This document shows positions 39,027-49,333 of a stretch of DNA of 64,000 nucleotides, piece by piece. Position numbers and translations under genes: made by a program. Position 1 is the first letter of the stretch. Every line of letters starts with the position of its first letter. This DNA comes from Prochlorococcus sp. AG-355-A09 (lineage in GTDB: Bacteria > Cyanobacteriota > Cyanobacteriia > PCC-6307 > Cyanobiaceae): contig QCDG01000007.1 in the NCBI GenBank assembly GCA_003280995.1, positions 25,026 through 89,025 on the forward strand, read 5' to 3'. A model generated the notes under the pieces. The model saw nothing but the letters and a program-made list of their open reading frames with translations, ran no database searches and was not told the DNA's origin.

Positions 39027-41783
39027 ATGAGAGAAACACTTACATCCAGTCCTGAACTATTTAGCGATATTAGTTGGAATCTTCTTTTATTAGGGGAAGA
39101 AACCGCAAAAAAATGGGATCATAGCGAATTTAATATTGAACACATAATTCATACATTATTCTCATCAAGTGAATTCCTTGCCTTCATTGAAAAATTATCA
39201 ATCGACCAAGATACAGTTTTAGACATAACAGAAGATTTTTTAGAAGAGACACCAACAAATGAGTCAGATATTTTTACTATCGGAGAAGATTTAGAAATTT
39301 TATTAGATAACGCGAATCAGATTAAAACTCAATGGGGATCGAGATTAATAGAAATCCCTCATTTACTAATTGCTCTTGGAAGAGATTTAAGAATTGGAAA
39401 TTATGTTTTTGAAGAAGGAAACCTTTCAATGGAAAAATTAGAGGAAGAATTAAAGTTTTACCCTAATATCAATCAATCAAAAGATTCCTTTAATTATGGG
39501 AATGTAATTGAAATAAATAATCAATCTAATTTTGAATCAGAGAAAGAAACTTTAGTTAAAGAAGAAAAATTGAAAAAAGCTATTGTTCCATTACCGAAAA
39601 GTGAACTTCACATTGAAACTAAAAAACAAGTTGGAAAAGATGAAAATGCTCTTTCAATTTATGGAAAAGATTTAACAGAATCCGCTAAAAAAGGCTTACT
39701 GGATCCTGTTTTAGGAAGAGAAAATGAGATCAATAATTTAATGAGGGTACTCTGCAGAAGAAACAAAAATAACCCTATACTTATTGGCAATCCTGGAGTT
39801 GGTAAAACCTCAATTGCAAAATTACTTGCTCAATTAATTGTAGACAAAAAAGTTCCTGATACTTTAAATGACTTAAAAATTATTTCACTTGACTTAGGTG
39901 CATTAGTTTCTGGGACCAAATTTAGAGGGCAACTAGAGGAAAGACTAAGCTTAATAATGCAGGAACTAAATAATCCAAACCAAGGAATGATTCTATTTAT
40001 TGATGAAATTCACTCAATATTAAGTTCTGACAGATCTTCTACCGACATCAGTAATATCTTAAAACCTTTACTAGCTGAAGGAGAACTTAGATGTATCGGT
40101 ACAACAACGCCTGAGAAATTTCGTGAAACTATTGAAAAAGATCAGGCATTAAATAATTGCTTTCAAAAGATAACTGTTAATGAACCTTCAGTAGAATTAA
40201 GCGCAAAAATACTACAAGGTATCAAAAAGAAATATGAATCACATCATGGCATAAAAATTTCTGAAGAGGCTGTAAACTATTCTGCAAAATTGGCCGATAG
40301 ATATATTAGCGATAAATGTCTCCCTGATAGTGCAATAGATTTAATTGATGAAGCAGCTGCACAGTTGAAAATCGAGTCTAATAATATGCCTCAAATCATT
40401 CTCCAACAAGAAAACAAACTTAATACTATTGATGAGAAATTGAATAATTTGCAAGGAAAAAATATCGAAGTTCAAGAAAAACTATTGAATAATAGAAAAC
40501 AATCAGAGGCAAAATTGAATGTTCTTTTGGAAAATTGGAACAATCTACGCGAGGAAATGGAGGAATTATCTATTTTAATGAAAGAAGAAGATAAGCTAAC
40601 CAAACAAATTAAAGATAAATCAAATCGCGAAATTGAAAATGATCTAGATTATTTAGAAAAGCTTGAAGAAGAGTTAAGTGAAATAGAGAATGACATACAA
40701 AAAGTTGAAGAGAACTTTAATAAAATAAAGAAAAATAGAAATTTCCCTTTTAAATATCAAGTTGAACCTGATGATATTGCAGATGTTATATCAAAAATCA
40801 CAGGTATTCCAATTTCTAAAGTAGTTTCAAATGAGCGTAAGAAATTAGTCAATCTAGAAACAGAACTAAGTGAAAAAGTTATTGGACAAGAAAAAGCCAT
40901 AGAAGCTGTATCTGCTGCGATTAGAAGAGCTCGAGTTGGCATGAAAAGTCCTAAAAGACCTATTGGATCTTTTTTATTTATGGGTCCTACTGGTGTTGGT
41001 AAAACAGAATTAGCAAAATCTCTTGCAGCAGCTTTATTTGATGAAGAAGACGCACTTTTAAGATTAGACATGAGTGAATATATGGAGAAAAATGCCGTAG
41101 CAAGACTTTTGGGAGCTCCTCCAGGTTATGTTGGTTATGAAGAGGGAGGTCAATTAACTGAAGCTGTAAGACGGAAACCCTATTCAGTAATACTTCTTGA
41201 TGAGATAGAAAAAGCACATACAGAAGTATTTAATATCCTTTTGCAAGTCTTAGATGAAGGAAGATTAACGGATTCTCAAGGAAGGACCGTAGATTTCAAA
41301 AATACGGTAATCATTATGACAAGTAACCTAGCTGGTAAATCTATACTTGAGTATTCACAAAAGATTTCTAAAAGTGAGGGAAAGCTAGAAAAAGATCAAC
41401 AAACTCTAGATGATTCAATTAGTAATGCATTGTCTTCAATTTTTAGACCTGAATTTTTAAATAGAATTGACGAAGTGGTAAAGTTTGATCCATTATCTAT
41501 TGATGAACTTCAAAAAATAATCATTTTACAAACAGAAGACTTAAAGAACCTGCTACTTGAGCAGAAAATAAATATCGCTATAGACAAAAAAGTTATAAAC
41601 AAAATTGCAAACGATTCTTACGAACCTGAATATGGTGCTAGGCCACTTAGCAGGGAACTTAGAAGACAAATAGAAAATCCCTTGGCTGCAAAACTTTTAG
41701 AGGAAAACTTTAAAAATAAAAAAAATATAACAATTCAACTTAACCCTGCTAAAAAAGATGAGATAATTTTCAAACCTAGCTGA
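39027..41783 (+). CDS. clpB: ClpB-type AAA+ disaggregase (two NBDs and a coiled-coil M-domain)
   Basis: 918 aa. Has GNPGVGKT / ILFIDEIH, a long coiled-coil, then GPTGVGKT / VILLDEIEKAH. No ClpP-binding IGF loop noticed. Confidence 0.9.
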   Translation: MRETLTSSPELFSDISWNLLLLGEETAKKWDHSEFNIEHIIHTLFSSSEFLAFIEKLSIDQDTVLDITEDFLEETPTNESDIFTIGEDLEILLDNANQIKTQWGSRLIEIPHLLIALGRDLRIGNYVFEEGNLSMEKLEEELKFYPNINQSKDSFNYGNVIEINNQSNFESEKETLVKEEKLKKAIVPLPKSELHIETKKQVGKDENALSIYGKDLTESAKKGLLDPVLGRENEINNLMRVLCRRNKNNPILIGNPGVGKTSIAKLLAQLIVDKKVPDTLNDLKIISLDLGALVSGTKFRGQLEERLSLIMQELNNPNQGMILFIDEIHSILSSDRSSTDISNILKPLLAEGELRCIGTTTPEKFRETIEKDQALNNCFQKITVNEPSVELSAKILQGIKKKYESHHGIKISEEAVNYSAKLADRYISDKCLPDSAIDLIDEAAAQLKIESNNMPQIILQQENKLNTIDEKLNNLQGKNIEVQEKLLNNRKQSEAKLNVLLENWNNLREEMEELSILMKEEDKLTKQIKDKSNREIENDLDYLEKLEEELSEIENDIQKVEENFNKIKKNRNFPFKYQVEPDDIADVISKITGIPISKVVSNERKKLVNLETELSEKVIGQEKAIEAVSAAIRRARVGMKSPKRPIGSFLFMGPTGVGKTELAKSLAAALFDEEDALLRLDMSEYMEKNAVARLLGAPPGYVGYEEGGQLTEAVRRKPYSVILLDEIEKAHTEVFNILLQVLDEGRLTDSQGRTVDFKNTVIIMTSNLAGKSILEYSQKISKSEGKLEKDQQTLDDSISNALSSIFRPEFLNRIDEVVKFDPLSIDELQKIIILQTEDLKNLLLEQKINIAIDKKVINKIANDSYEPEYGARPLSRELRRQIENPLAAKLLEENFKNKKNITIQLNPAKKDEIIFKPS

Positions 41784-41844
41784 GGAGTAAATCAATAAGC
41801 TAAAATAAAAACTAAAGCAAAAAGCTTAATTTCAAAAAAATTTT

Positions 41845-42087
41845 GTGACAAGTCCTACTACTAATAAAGAACCTCTTAAAAAGGATTCTCCTGAAGTTGA
41901 AGACTCTAAAAAAAAGAATAATTTTTTTAGATCTACCTACGATGAACTTAAGCTTGTCGTGTGGCCTAACAAACAACAACTTTTTAGCGAATCAGTAGCA
42001 GTTATAATTATGGTATCTTTTTCTGCTGCAGCCATTGCTTCTGTTAGCAGATTCTATGGATGGGCAGCCTCGCAAATTTTTGGTTGA
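41845..42087 (+). CDS. secE: Preprotein translocase subunit SecE
   Basis: 80 aa from a GTG start. Single C-terminal TM after ELKLVVWPNKQQL. Canonical position upstream of nusG. Confidence 0.85.
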   Translation: MTSPTTNKEPLKKDSPEVEDSKKKNNFFRSTYDELKLVVWPNKQQLFSESVAVIIMVSFSAAAIASVSRFYGWAASQIFG

Positions 42088-42138
42088 ATTATGTCCCGAA
42101 TATCCATTAATAAAGATCTTAATTAAGCTTCCAGAAAA

Positions 42139-42750
42139 ATGAGTAATGAATTAACTACAAACCTTGCTTCTTCAAAAGCAAATACAAGCATCGCAAGATG
42201 GTATGCAGTTCAAGTAGCATCAAGCTGTGAAAAAAAGGTAAAAGCGACTCTTGAGCAGAGATCAGTAACTTTAGGTGTTAATAATAGAATCATTGAAATT
42301 GAAATTCCCCAAACTCCAGGAATTAAATTAAAAAAAGATGGAAGCAGACAAACTACTGAAGAAAAAGTGTTCCCAGGTTATGTCCTCGTAAGAATGATTT
42401 TGGATGAAGATACAATGATGGCTGTTAAAAGTACTCCAAATGTAATTAACTTTGTCGGTGCTGAAGACGGGAGAGGCAGCGGAAGATCGCGAGGTCATAT
42501 CAAACCCCGACCATTATCAAGACAAGAAGTTAATAGAATATTTAAGCGCGCTTCAGAGAAAAAAGCTGTAATCAAGTTAGATATTGAAGAAAAAGATAGA
42601 ATCATTGTAACTAGCGGTCCATTCAAGGACTTCCAGGGAGAAGTTATAGAAGTTTCCGGAGAAAGAAATAAATTAAAAGCATTACTTTCAATATTTGGGC
42701 GCGAGACTCCTGTAGAATTAGAATTCTCCCAAATCAATAAACAAAATTAA
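42139..42750 (+). CDS. nusG: Transcription termination/antitermination factor NusG
   Basis: 203 aa. NGN domain (WYAVQV, FPGYVLV) and KOW domain (GPFKDFQGEV). Confidence 0.95.
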   Translation: MSNELTTNLASSKANTSIARWYAVQVASSCEKKVKATLEQRSVTLGVNNRIIEIEIPQTPGIKLKKDGSRQTTEEKVFPGYVLVRMILDEDTMMAVKSTPNVINFVGAEDGRGSGRSRGHIKPRPLSRQEVNRIFKRASEKKAVIKLDIEEKDRIIVTSGPFKDFQGEVIEVSGERNKLKALLSIFGRETPVELEFSQINKQN

Positions 42751-42817
42751 TTTCTAATTGTTCTTGTTTATCGAGTAAAATTATGATTTTCTACTTCAGC
42801 TTAAATTCTCTAATCTA

Positions 42818-43243
42818 ATGGCAAAAAAAATTGTTGCAGTTATCAAGCTTGCTCTACAAGCAGGCAAAGCAAACCCTGCTCCTCCTGTAGGGCCAGCTTT
42901 AGGACAACATGGTGTAAATATCATGGCATTTTGCAAAGAATACAATGCAAGGACACAAGATAAAGCAGGTTTTGTAATTCCAGTCGAGATTTCTGTTTTT
43001 GAAGATAGAAGCTTTACTTTTATCACAAAAACACCTCCTGCTTCCGTCTTAATAACAAAAGCAGCTGGAATAGAGAAAGGTTCAGGTGAATCCGCAAAAG
43101 GCTCTGTTGGGAATATAAGTAAAGCTCAATTAGAAGAAATAGCCAAAACTAAGCTTCCTGATCTAAACTGTTCTAGTGTTGAATCAGCAATGAAAGTAAT
43201 TGAGGGCACTGCTCGTAATATGGGCGTCTCTATCACTGATTGA
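42818..43243 (+). CDS. rplK: 50S ribosomal protein L11
   Basis: 141 aa. Has [24 protein letters not shown]. Confidence 0.98.
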   Translation: MAKKIVAVIKLALQAGKANPAPPVGPALGQHGVNIMAFCKEYNARTQDKAGFVIPVEISVFEDRSFTFITKTPPASVLITKAAGIEKGSGESAKGSVGNISKAQLEEIAKTKLPDLNCSSVESAMKVIEGTARNMGVSITD

Positions 43244-43309
43244 GTTCAATACAAAATTTCTCACTATTTAGGGGAGGTTAGTTAATAACCGTTTGCACCC
43301 AATATTATT

Positions 43310-44017
43310 ATGAAAAAACTATCTAAAAGAATGGCGGTTCTATCAACAAAGATAGAAGATCGCATTTACGCACCACTTGAAGCTCTTAGTATTATCAAGG
43401 AAAATGCTAATGCAAAATTTGATGAAACTATTGAAGCACATATACGTCTAGGTATTGATCCAAAATATACTGATCAACAATTAAGGACCACTGTTGCATT
43501 ACCACATGGTACCGGCCAAAGCATCAAAATTGCAGTAATTACAAGCGGCGAGAATGTATCGAAAGCTAAGGCTGCTGGTGCAGATTTATTTGGCGAAGAA
43601 GATCTTGTAGAAAGTATCAACAAAGGAAATATGGAGTTTGACCTACTTATTGCAACTCCCGATATGATGCCAAAGGTTGCAAAATTAGGAAGAGTTTTAG
43701 GACCTAGAGGTTTAATGCCTAATCCTAAAGCTGGGACAGTAACTAATGACATTGCTAATGCAATAAAAGAATTCAAAGCTGGTAAGCTCGAATTTAGAGC
43801 AGATAAGGCTGGAATCGTTCATGTCCGCTTTGGAAAAGCAAGTTTCACAAAAGAGGCTCTATTTGACAACTTAAAAACCTTACAAGAATCAATTGATAAA
43901 AATAAACCAAGTGGAGCTAAGGGAAAGTATTGGAAAACTTTTTATATAACTTCAACTATGGGGCCTTCAGTTCAATTAGACATAAATGCCGTACAAGATT
44001 ACCAACCTGAAGGTTAA
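43310..44017 (+). CDS. rplA: 50S ribosomal protein L1
   Basis: 235 aa. Has [15 protein letters not shown] and [11 protein letters not shown]. Confidence 0.98.
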   Translation: MKKLSKRMAVLSTKIEDRIYAPLEALSIIKENANAKFDETIEAHIRLGIDPKYTDQQLRTTVALPHGTGQSIKIAVITSGENVSKAKAAGADLFGEEDLVESINKGNMEFDLLIATPDMMPKVAKLGRVLGPRGLMPNPKAGTVTNDIANAIKEFKAGKLEFRADKAGIVHVRFGKASFTKEALFDNLKTLQESIDKNKPSGAKGKYWKTFYITSTMGPSVQLDINAVQDYQPEG

Positions 44018-44206
44018 CGCTTTGTAGTATAATTTAAATTGCAATAATACGGCCAAAGAAAGTAGGTTGATTTAGTTATTCTAAATTTTTAATTCCTACC
44101 GAGGACTCGTCTTAAATTATTTCTTTTTGGATCTAATAAAGCGGCCTCTTTAAAAGAACTTTGCCGCATTTCCTGCTCTCCCTAAATTACGATCCAAAAA
44201 ACATCA
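44018..44206 (+). promoter_or_regulatory. rplJ-rplL leader region (possible internal promoter and L10-leader-type autoregulatory RNA)
   Basis: A 189-nt untranslated gap inside an otherwise compact rplKAJL cluster. Perfect TATAAT at 44028-44033. GCGGC(44141-44145)/GCCGC(44163-44167) hairpin. I did not verify a match to a known leader model. Confidence 0.3.
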
Positions 44207-44734
44207 ATGGGCCGAACACTAGAGAATAAGCAAAAAATCGTTACTGAGATTAAATCTCTTTTAGACGACTCGGAAATGGCTGTAGTTCTTGACTATAAAG
44301 GTTTAACTATCAAAGAGATGTCAGATTTGCGATCTAGATTGCAAACAACTAACGGCATCTGCAAAGTTACTAAAAATTCATTAATGCGCAAAGCTATTGA
44401 TGGAGATAGTAATTGGAACGATCTTGAATCTTTACTGACCGGAACAAATGCTTTTGTGTTAATCAAAGAAGATGTTGGTGGTGCTGTAAAAGCAATCCAA
44501 TCTTTTCAAAAAGACACCAAAAAATCCGAGACCAAAGGAGCTTTATTTGAAGGCAGACTTCTTAGCAATTCTGAAATAAAAGAAATTGCAAGTCTTCCAT
44601 CTAAAGAAGTATTGATGGCAAAAATTGCTGGCGCTTTAAATGGCATAGCAACAAAAATTGCGATCTCTATCAATGAAGTGCCTTCTGGACTTGCAAGATC
44701 ACTTAAACAACATTCTGAAAAATCAGAATCTTAA
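44207..44734 (+). CDS. rplJ: 50S ribosomal protein L10
   Basis: 175 aa. Position and sequence are typical of L10. Confidence 0.96.
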   Translation: MGRTLENKQKIVTEIKSLLDDSEMAVVLDYKGLTIKEMSDLRSRLQTTNGICKVTKNSLMRKAIDGDSNWNDLESLLTGTNAFVLIKEDVGGAVKAIQSFQKDTKKSETKGALFEGRLLSNSEIKEIASLPSKEVLMAKIAGALNGIATKIAISINEVPSGLARSLKQHSEKSES

Positions 44735-44762
44735 ATCAAAACCCTAATTAAATTTTAAGAAA

Positions 44763-45158
44763 ATGTCCGCAAAAACTGAAGAAATTCTTGAATCATTAAA
44801 ATCTTTATCACTTTTAGAAGCATCTGAGCTCGTAAAGCAAATTGAAGAGGCTTTTGGTGTATCTGCTGCAGCTTCTGCAGGTGTAGTAATGGCAGCTCCA
44901 GGAGCAGCTGGTGGTGACGCAGATGGTGGCGCTGCTGAAGAAAAAACTGAATTTGATGTAGTTCTCGAAAGCTTTGATGCAGCTGCAAAAATCAAAGTAC
45001 TTAAGGTTGTAAGAAATGCAACTGGTCTAGGTCTTGGTGATGCAAAAGCACTTGTTGAATCTGCACCAAAAACAGTAAAAGAAGGAATTGCCAAAGCAGA
45101 TGCTGAATCTTTAAAGAAAGAGATTGAAGAAGCTGGCGGTAAAGTTACACTTAAGTAA
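44763..45158 (+). CDS. rplL: 50S ribosomal protein L7/L12
   Basis: 131 aa. Ala/Gly hinge and C-terminal domain [24 protein letters not shown]. Confidence 0.98.
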
Positions 45159-45172
45159 GAGTACATTTTTTC

Positions 45173-45197
45173 AAGCCGATAACCTTAATATCGGCTT
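45173..45197 (+). other. 9-bp stem-loop AAGCCGATA-N7-TATCGGCTT between rplL and rnhA (no downstream U-tract)
   Basis: Perfect 9-bp stem, 7-nt loop. Preceded by T6 and followed by CAAAAATT. Ends 8 nt before the rnhA ATG. Confidence 0.6.
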
Positions 45198-45205
45198 CAA
45201 AAATT

Positions 45206-45925
45206 ATGAATAGTGATAGTATTGCGATTGAAGCCGCAACAGATGGAGCCTGCAGTGGTAATCCAGGCCCAGGTGGTTGGGGCGGTTTAATAATTTTTGA
45301 CGATAACAGCGAATTAGAAATAGGTGGTTCCGAGCAAAATACTACTAATAACAGAATGGAACTCACTGCGGCTATAAAAACTCTTGAGAAATTAAAAACC
45401 TACAAATTAAAAGAGAACTTTAAACTAAGAACTGATAGTAAATATGTCATAGAGGGTTATACAAAATGGATTATTAATTGGAAGAAAAATGGATGGAAAA
45501 CAAGTTCAGGAAAACCAGTTCAAAATCTTGATCTATGGCAAAAAATTGATCAATTAAGAATTCATGGTCTAATAATGGAATATGTTAAAGGTCATAGCGG
45601 GGATAAACAAAATGATAGGGTTGATAAAATTGCAACTAATTACAGCAAAGGTATATCTATAGAAAGTAACTTAAAAAAAGTAGAATCCTCAGTTGATTTT
45701 TCTAAAAAAAATGCACCTGCAGAAATTCAGGAATTATTTTCCCGCAATGAATTAATTCAAAAATTTGCAGAAAAAAAGTACCTGTTAAGTTCACCTGAAC
45801 TAAACATCTTATTAGGTGATGAAAACTACTTAAAAATAAAACAATATTCACTTTTTGAATGGCGTAATTGGAGATTGATTCCTAAAGATAAAAAATATTG
45901 GATAATAGAAAAAAAAGAAACCTAA
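45206..45925 (+). CDS. rnhA: Ribonuclease HI with a roughly 90-aa C-terminal extension
   Basis: 239 aa. RNase H domain in residues 1 to about 148 ([41 protein letters not shown]). The remainder matches nothing I recognise. Confidence 0.9.
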   Translation: MNSDSIAIEAATDGACSGNPGPGGWGGLIIFDDNSELEIGGSEQNTTNNRMELTAAIKTLEKLKTYKLKENFKLRTDSKYVIEGYTKWIINWKKNGWKTSSGKPVQNLDLWQKIDQLRIHGLIMEYVKGHSGDKQNDRVDKIATNYSKGISIESNLKKVESSVDFSKKNAPAEIQELFSRNELIQKFAEKKYLLSSPELNILLGDENYLKIKQYSLFEWRNWRLIPKDKKYWIIEKKET

Positions 45926-45931
45926 TTTTTT

Positions 45932-47101
45932 ATGAATGAACATAAGGGGGGATTTAAGAATCTTTATAAAAACTTGATTACCCCTGTATTAAAAAAAGAC
46001 TCTGGAATTGATGCAGAATACTTAACAAATTTATCCCTTAGTCTCCTATCATTCAGTTCAAGAAAATATAATTGGCCTATAGTATCTTCTATCTTAAAAA
46101 ATCTAAATGAAGAATTTTCTGTAGTTGATAAAAGGTTAACTCAGAACATATGTGGAATAAATTTTTGTAATCCAATTGGTTTAGCTGCGGGTTTTGACAA
46201 AAATGGAAATGCTGCAAATATATGGAAAGATTTTGGTTTTGGATTTGCTGAGCTTGGTACGGTAACTAAATTTGCTCAGAATGGGAATCCCAAACCAAGG
46301 TTATTTAGATTGGCAGAAGAAGAAGCAGCATTAAATAGAATGGGTTTCAATAATAATGGTGCTGAAAATCTAGTTAAAAACTTTGTCGAACAAGGTATTG
46401 AGTTTAAAAAAGACAGGGAGAATATTTGTTTAGGGATAAATTTCGGGAAGTCAAAAATTACAAGTTTATCTCAAGCAAAAGATGATTATTTAACTTCTCT
46501 AAAATTATTAATTCCATATTGTGATTACGCAGCAATAAACGTTAGTTCTCCAAATACTGAAGGGCTAAGAAAATTACAAGATCCCATTCTTCTAAAAGAA
46601 CTTCTTAGAGAAATTAAAAACTTACCTAATTGTCCACCATTATTTGTAAAAATTGCACCAGATTTAGGCCTTAAAGATATTGAAGATATTTGCCAATTAA
46701 TAATCGAGGAAAACATCGATGGAATAATTGCTACAAACACTAGCATTGATAGATTAGGTCTTGAGAATAGAAAGATCAGGCAAACTGGATTATTACTCTC
46801 TCAAGAGAATGGAGGATTAAGTGGAAGGCCTCTTCAAAAAAAAGCAAATAAAATAATAAAACATATACATAATATTGATAAAAAGATTATTTTAATTGGC
46901 GTTGGTGGAATAGATAGTCCTGAGTCAGCTTGGGAAAGAATTTGTTCTGGAGCATCATTAATTCAACTTTATACAGGATGGATATATAAGGGTCCACAAT
47001 TAGTTCCAGATATACTTGAGGGAATTATAAAGCAACTCAATAACCATCAATTATCTAGTATAAAAGATGCAATTGGATCAGATTTAAAATGGGTTGAATA
47101 A
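45932..47101 (+). CDS. pyrD: Dihydroorotate dehydrogenase (class 2, quinone-dependent)
   Basis: 389 aa. Has NPIGLAAGFDKNG, NRMGFNN, NVSSPNT and GVGGI. Confidence 0.94.
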   Translation: MNEHKGGFKNLYKNLITPVLKKDSGIDAEYLTNLSLSLLSFSSRKYNWPIVSSILKNLNEEFSVVDKRLTQNICGINFCNPIGLAAGFDKNGNAANIWKDFGFGFAELGTVTKFAQNGNPKPRLFRLAEEEAALNRMGFNNNGAENLVKNFVEQGIEFKKDRENICLGINFGKSKITSLSQAKDDYLTSLKLLIPYCDYAAINVSSPNTEGLRKLQDPILLKELLREIKNLPNCPPLFVKIAPDLGLKDIEDICQLIIEENIDGIIATNTSIDRLGLENRKIRQTGLLLSQENGGLSGRPLQKKANKIIKHIHNIDKKIILIGVGGIDSPESAWERICSGASLIQLYTGWIYKGPQLVPDILEGIIKQLNNHQLSSIKDAIGSDLKWVE

Positions 47102-47110
47102 AATTAGAGA

Positions 47111-48232
47111 ATGAATAATGAACCTCATGATTACTCAACGTTAGCCATGCAAGGATCAAACTTGAAGCACGGTGGAAATGTATATGCAACTGCGAAAAAA
47201 TTAAATTTATTACCCTCCGAAATCATTGATGCAAGTGCATCATTAGTACCCTTTGATCCCCCTCAAATACTAATAGATTCAATAAATGCGGAAATTAAGA
47301 ATCTTGGCTTTAGATATTACCCAGAAAGAAACTTGAGTGATCTGAAAGAAATAATCGGCAAATTTCATGGGATAAATCCAGACAATATATTGCCTGGAAA
47401 TGGAGCTTCTGAATTAATAACCTGGGCAGGTTATGAAGCATCCAAATTCGGAATAAGTTGTATTCCTTCTCCATCATTTGTTGATTATGAAAGATCTTTA
47501 AATTGTTGGAATAGCAATTTTATACATTGCGAATTACCAAAAAACTGGAATGATATTTTTCCTCAATCATTTCCGCTTCATCCAAAAGGTGATGTTATTT
47601 GGATAACAAATCCACATAACCCTACAGGCCAATTATGGGAAAAGAATTCATTGGAGGAAGTTGTGAAAAAATATAAATTAGTTATCTGCGATGAAGCTTT
47701 CTTATCGATAACACCTAATGGAGACAAAGAATCTTTAATACCATTAACCAAAAGATTTGATAATTTATTAGTCTTGAGAAGCTTGACCAAAATCTTCAAT
47801 ATTCCTGGTCTTAGATTAGGTTACGTTATTGGCTCTTCGAAAAAACTTAAACAATGGGAAATAAATAGAGATCCTTGGCCTTTAAATTCATTTTCTATTA
47901 AAGCCGGAATTGATCTGCTAAGTAATAAGAAATTCTATGAACAGTGGATAAAACAGATTCACAGCTGGATAAATATTGAAAAAAAGAGAGTATTTGAAAA
48001 ATTATTAAAAATAGAGAACCTTAAAGTTCATAACTCTTCAACCAACTTTTTTTTAATAGAAAGTGAAACATCCTTGTCGCCAAATATAAAATACTTAGAA
48101 AACAAGGGAATATTGCTTAGAGAATGCACTTCATTTAGATTTCTTGACGAAAAGTGGGCAAGAATAAGTCTGCAGAATAGAAAAAATAACACTCTTTTAT
48201 GTGAAGAAATTCAGAATTCCTTTAAAAAATAA
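47111..48232 (+). CDS. cobD: Class I/II aminotransferase-fold enzyme, probably L-threonine-O-3-phosphate decarboxylase CobD
   Basis: 373 aa. N-terminal HGGN motif, NPHNPTG, and PLP-Lys region SLTKIFNIPGLRLGY. Confidence 0.7.
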   Translation: MNNEPHDYSTLAMQGSNLKHGGNVYATAKKLNLLPSEIIDASASLVPFDPPQILIDSINAEIKNLGFRYYPERNLSDLKEIIGKFHGINPDNILPGNGASELITWAGYEASKFGISCIPSPSFVDYERSLNCWNSNFIHCELPKNWNDIFPQSFPLHPKGDVIWITNPHNPTGQLWEKNSLEEVVKKYKLVICDEAFLSITPNGDKESLIPLTKRFDNLLVLRSLTKIFNIPGLRLGYVIGSSKKLKQWEINRDPWPLNSFSIKAGIDLLSNKKFYEQWIKQIHSWINIEKKRVFEKLLKIENLKVHNSSTNFFLIESETSLSPNIKYLENKGILLRECTSFRFLDEKWARISLQNRKNNTLLCEEIQNSFKK

Positions 48233-49302
48233 TTAATATACTTTTTAATCTCATTTTTAGATTTAATTTTATTATTATTTTCCATATTCTTCTTCATAAG
48301 ATCTAATATTTCATAATGATTTTTTTGCTTTTTAGATTTTATTTTAAAAATTCTTTCTAGAGTTTCTTCAAAAACTTCTTTGGACATTTTATTCTGATTG
48401 ATTAAAACTGAGCCTCCACTTGCAGCAAGAATCATGGCATTTTTCTCCTGATGATTATTTTTAGAATCTGGATATGGAATTAAAATTGAAGGTTTTTCAG
48501 CCTCCATTAATTCATTGATTGTTCCTGCACCAGATCTCGATATTACAAGATCACAGTTTTGAATTAAAGCTGCTATGTCATTAGTAAATTTCTTTTGAAT
48601 ATAATTTTTGGAGTTTTTTACATGAAAAGGTTTTAGATTAGATTCGCCAACAATATGAACTATCCGAAATTGTTTTTTTATTAAAAATTCTAGAGATTCA
48701 TAAAGAATTTGATTTATAGCTTTTGCTCCTTGACTACCACCCATAACAATCAAAAGAGGTCCATTTCCTTTTGGAACCCATTCTGGCAAAAAATTAAATT
48801 TATAGAATTGCTCTCTTAAAGGTGTTCCAGTGAAAATAGTTTTACAATTTTTTAAATAAGAATTTGTTTCTTTAAATCCTAAAAGAACATAGTTACATAA
48901 AAAACCAAAATATTTTGTGACCATTCCTGGAATTACATTTGATTCATGAATAATGATAGGTATCCTTAGAAGTTTTGAAGCAACAATAGTAGGTGCTGAT
49001 ATATAACCGCCAGTCGCAAAAACTAAATTAATTTTTTTTTCTTTTAAGATCCTAATTATTTGAAAAGTTGACATTAAAATTTCTATATATTGATAAAACA
49101 AAAAAATATTTTTTCTTGGTGTCTTTATATTTAAAGTAGTCAAATTATATTTTTCGGGAATAAAATTTGCATCAAGTCTTTGACTAACACCTAACCAATG
49201 AATATTCCATTCATCTTCCACCTCTTTAGAAACTGCTAAGGCTGGGAAAATATGCCCCCCTGTCCCACTTGCAGCAACTAATAAATTATTTTTTTTATAC
49301 AT
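48211..49302 (-). CDS. murG: UDP-N-acetylglucosamine--LPS/lipid I N-acetylglucosamine transferase MurG
   Basis: 363 aa. Has ASGTGGHIFPALA and RSGAGTINELM. Its 3' end overlaps the convergent cobD by 22 nt. Confidence 0.93.
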   Translation of the reverse strand: MYKKNNLLVAASGTGGHIFPALAVSKEVEDEWNIHWLGVSQRLDANFIPEKYNLTTLNIKTPRKNIFLFYQYIEILMSTFQIIRILKEKKINLVFATGGYISAPTIVASKLLRIPIIIHESNVIPGMVTKYFGFLCNYVLLGFKETNSYLKNCKTIFTGTPLREQFYKFNFLPEWVPKGNGPLLIVMGGSQGAKAINQILYESLEFLIKKQFRIVHIVGESNLKPFHVKNSKNYIQKKFTNDIAALIQNCDLVISRSGAGTINELMEAEKPSILIPYPDSKNNHQEKNAMILAASGGSVLINQNKMSKEVFEETLERIFKIKSKKQKNHYEILDLMKKNMENNNKIKSKNEIKKYINYFLKEF

Positions 49303-49333
49303 AAAAACCTAAAATAGTAGAATAAAATAACCA

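Noticed and set aside
40757-41217. 104-aa and 76-aa minus-strand ORFs inside clpB
   Set aside because: They are antisense to the conserved second AAA+ domain and have no supporting signals.
44744-45166. 140-aa and 77-aa minus-strand ORFs opposite rplL
   Set aside because: These are shadow ORFs created by the GC-richer, Ala-codon-rich rplL sequence. The translations are low-complexity (Ala/Ser/Pro), and rplL on the plus strand is unambiguous.
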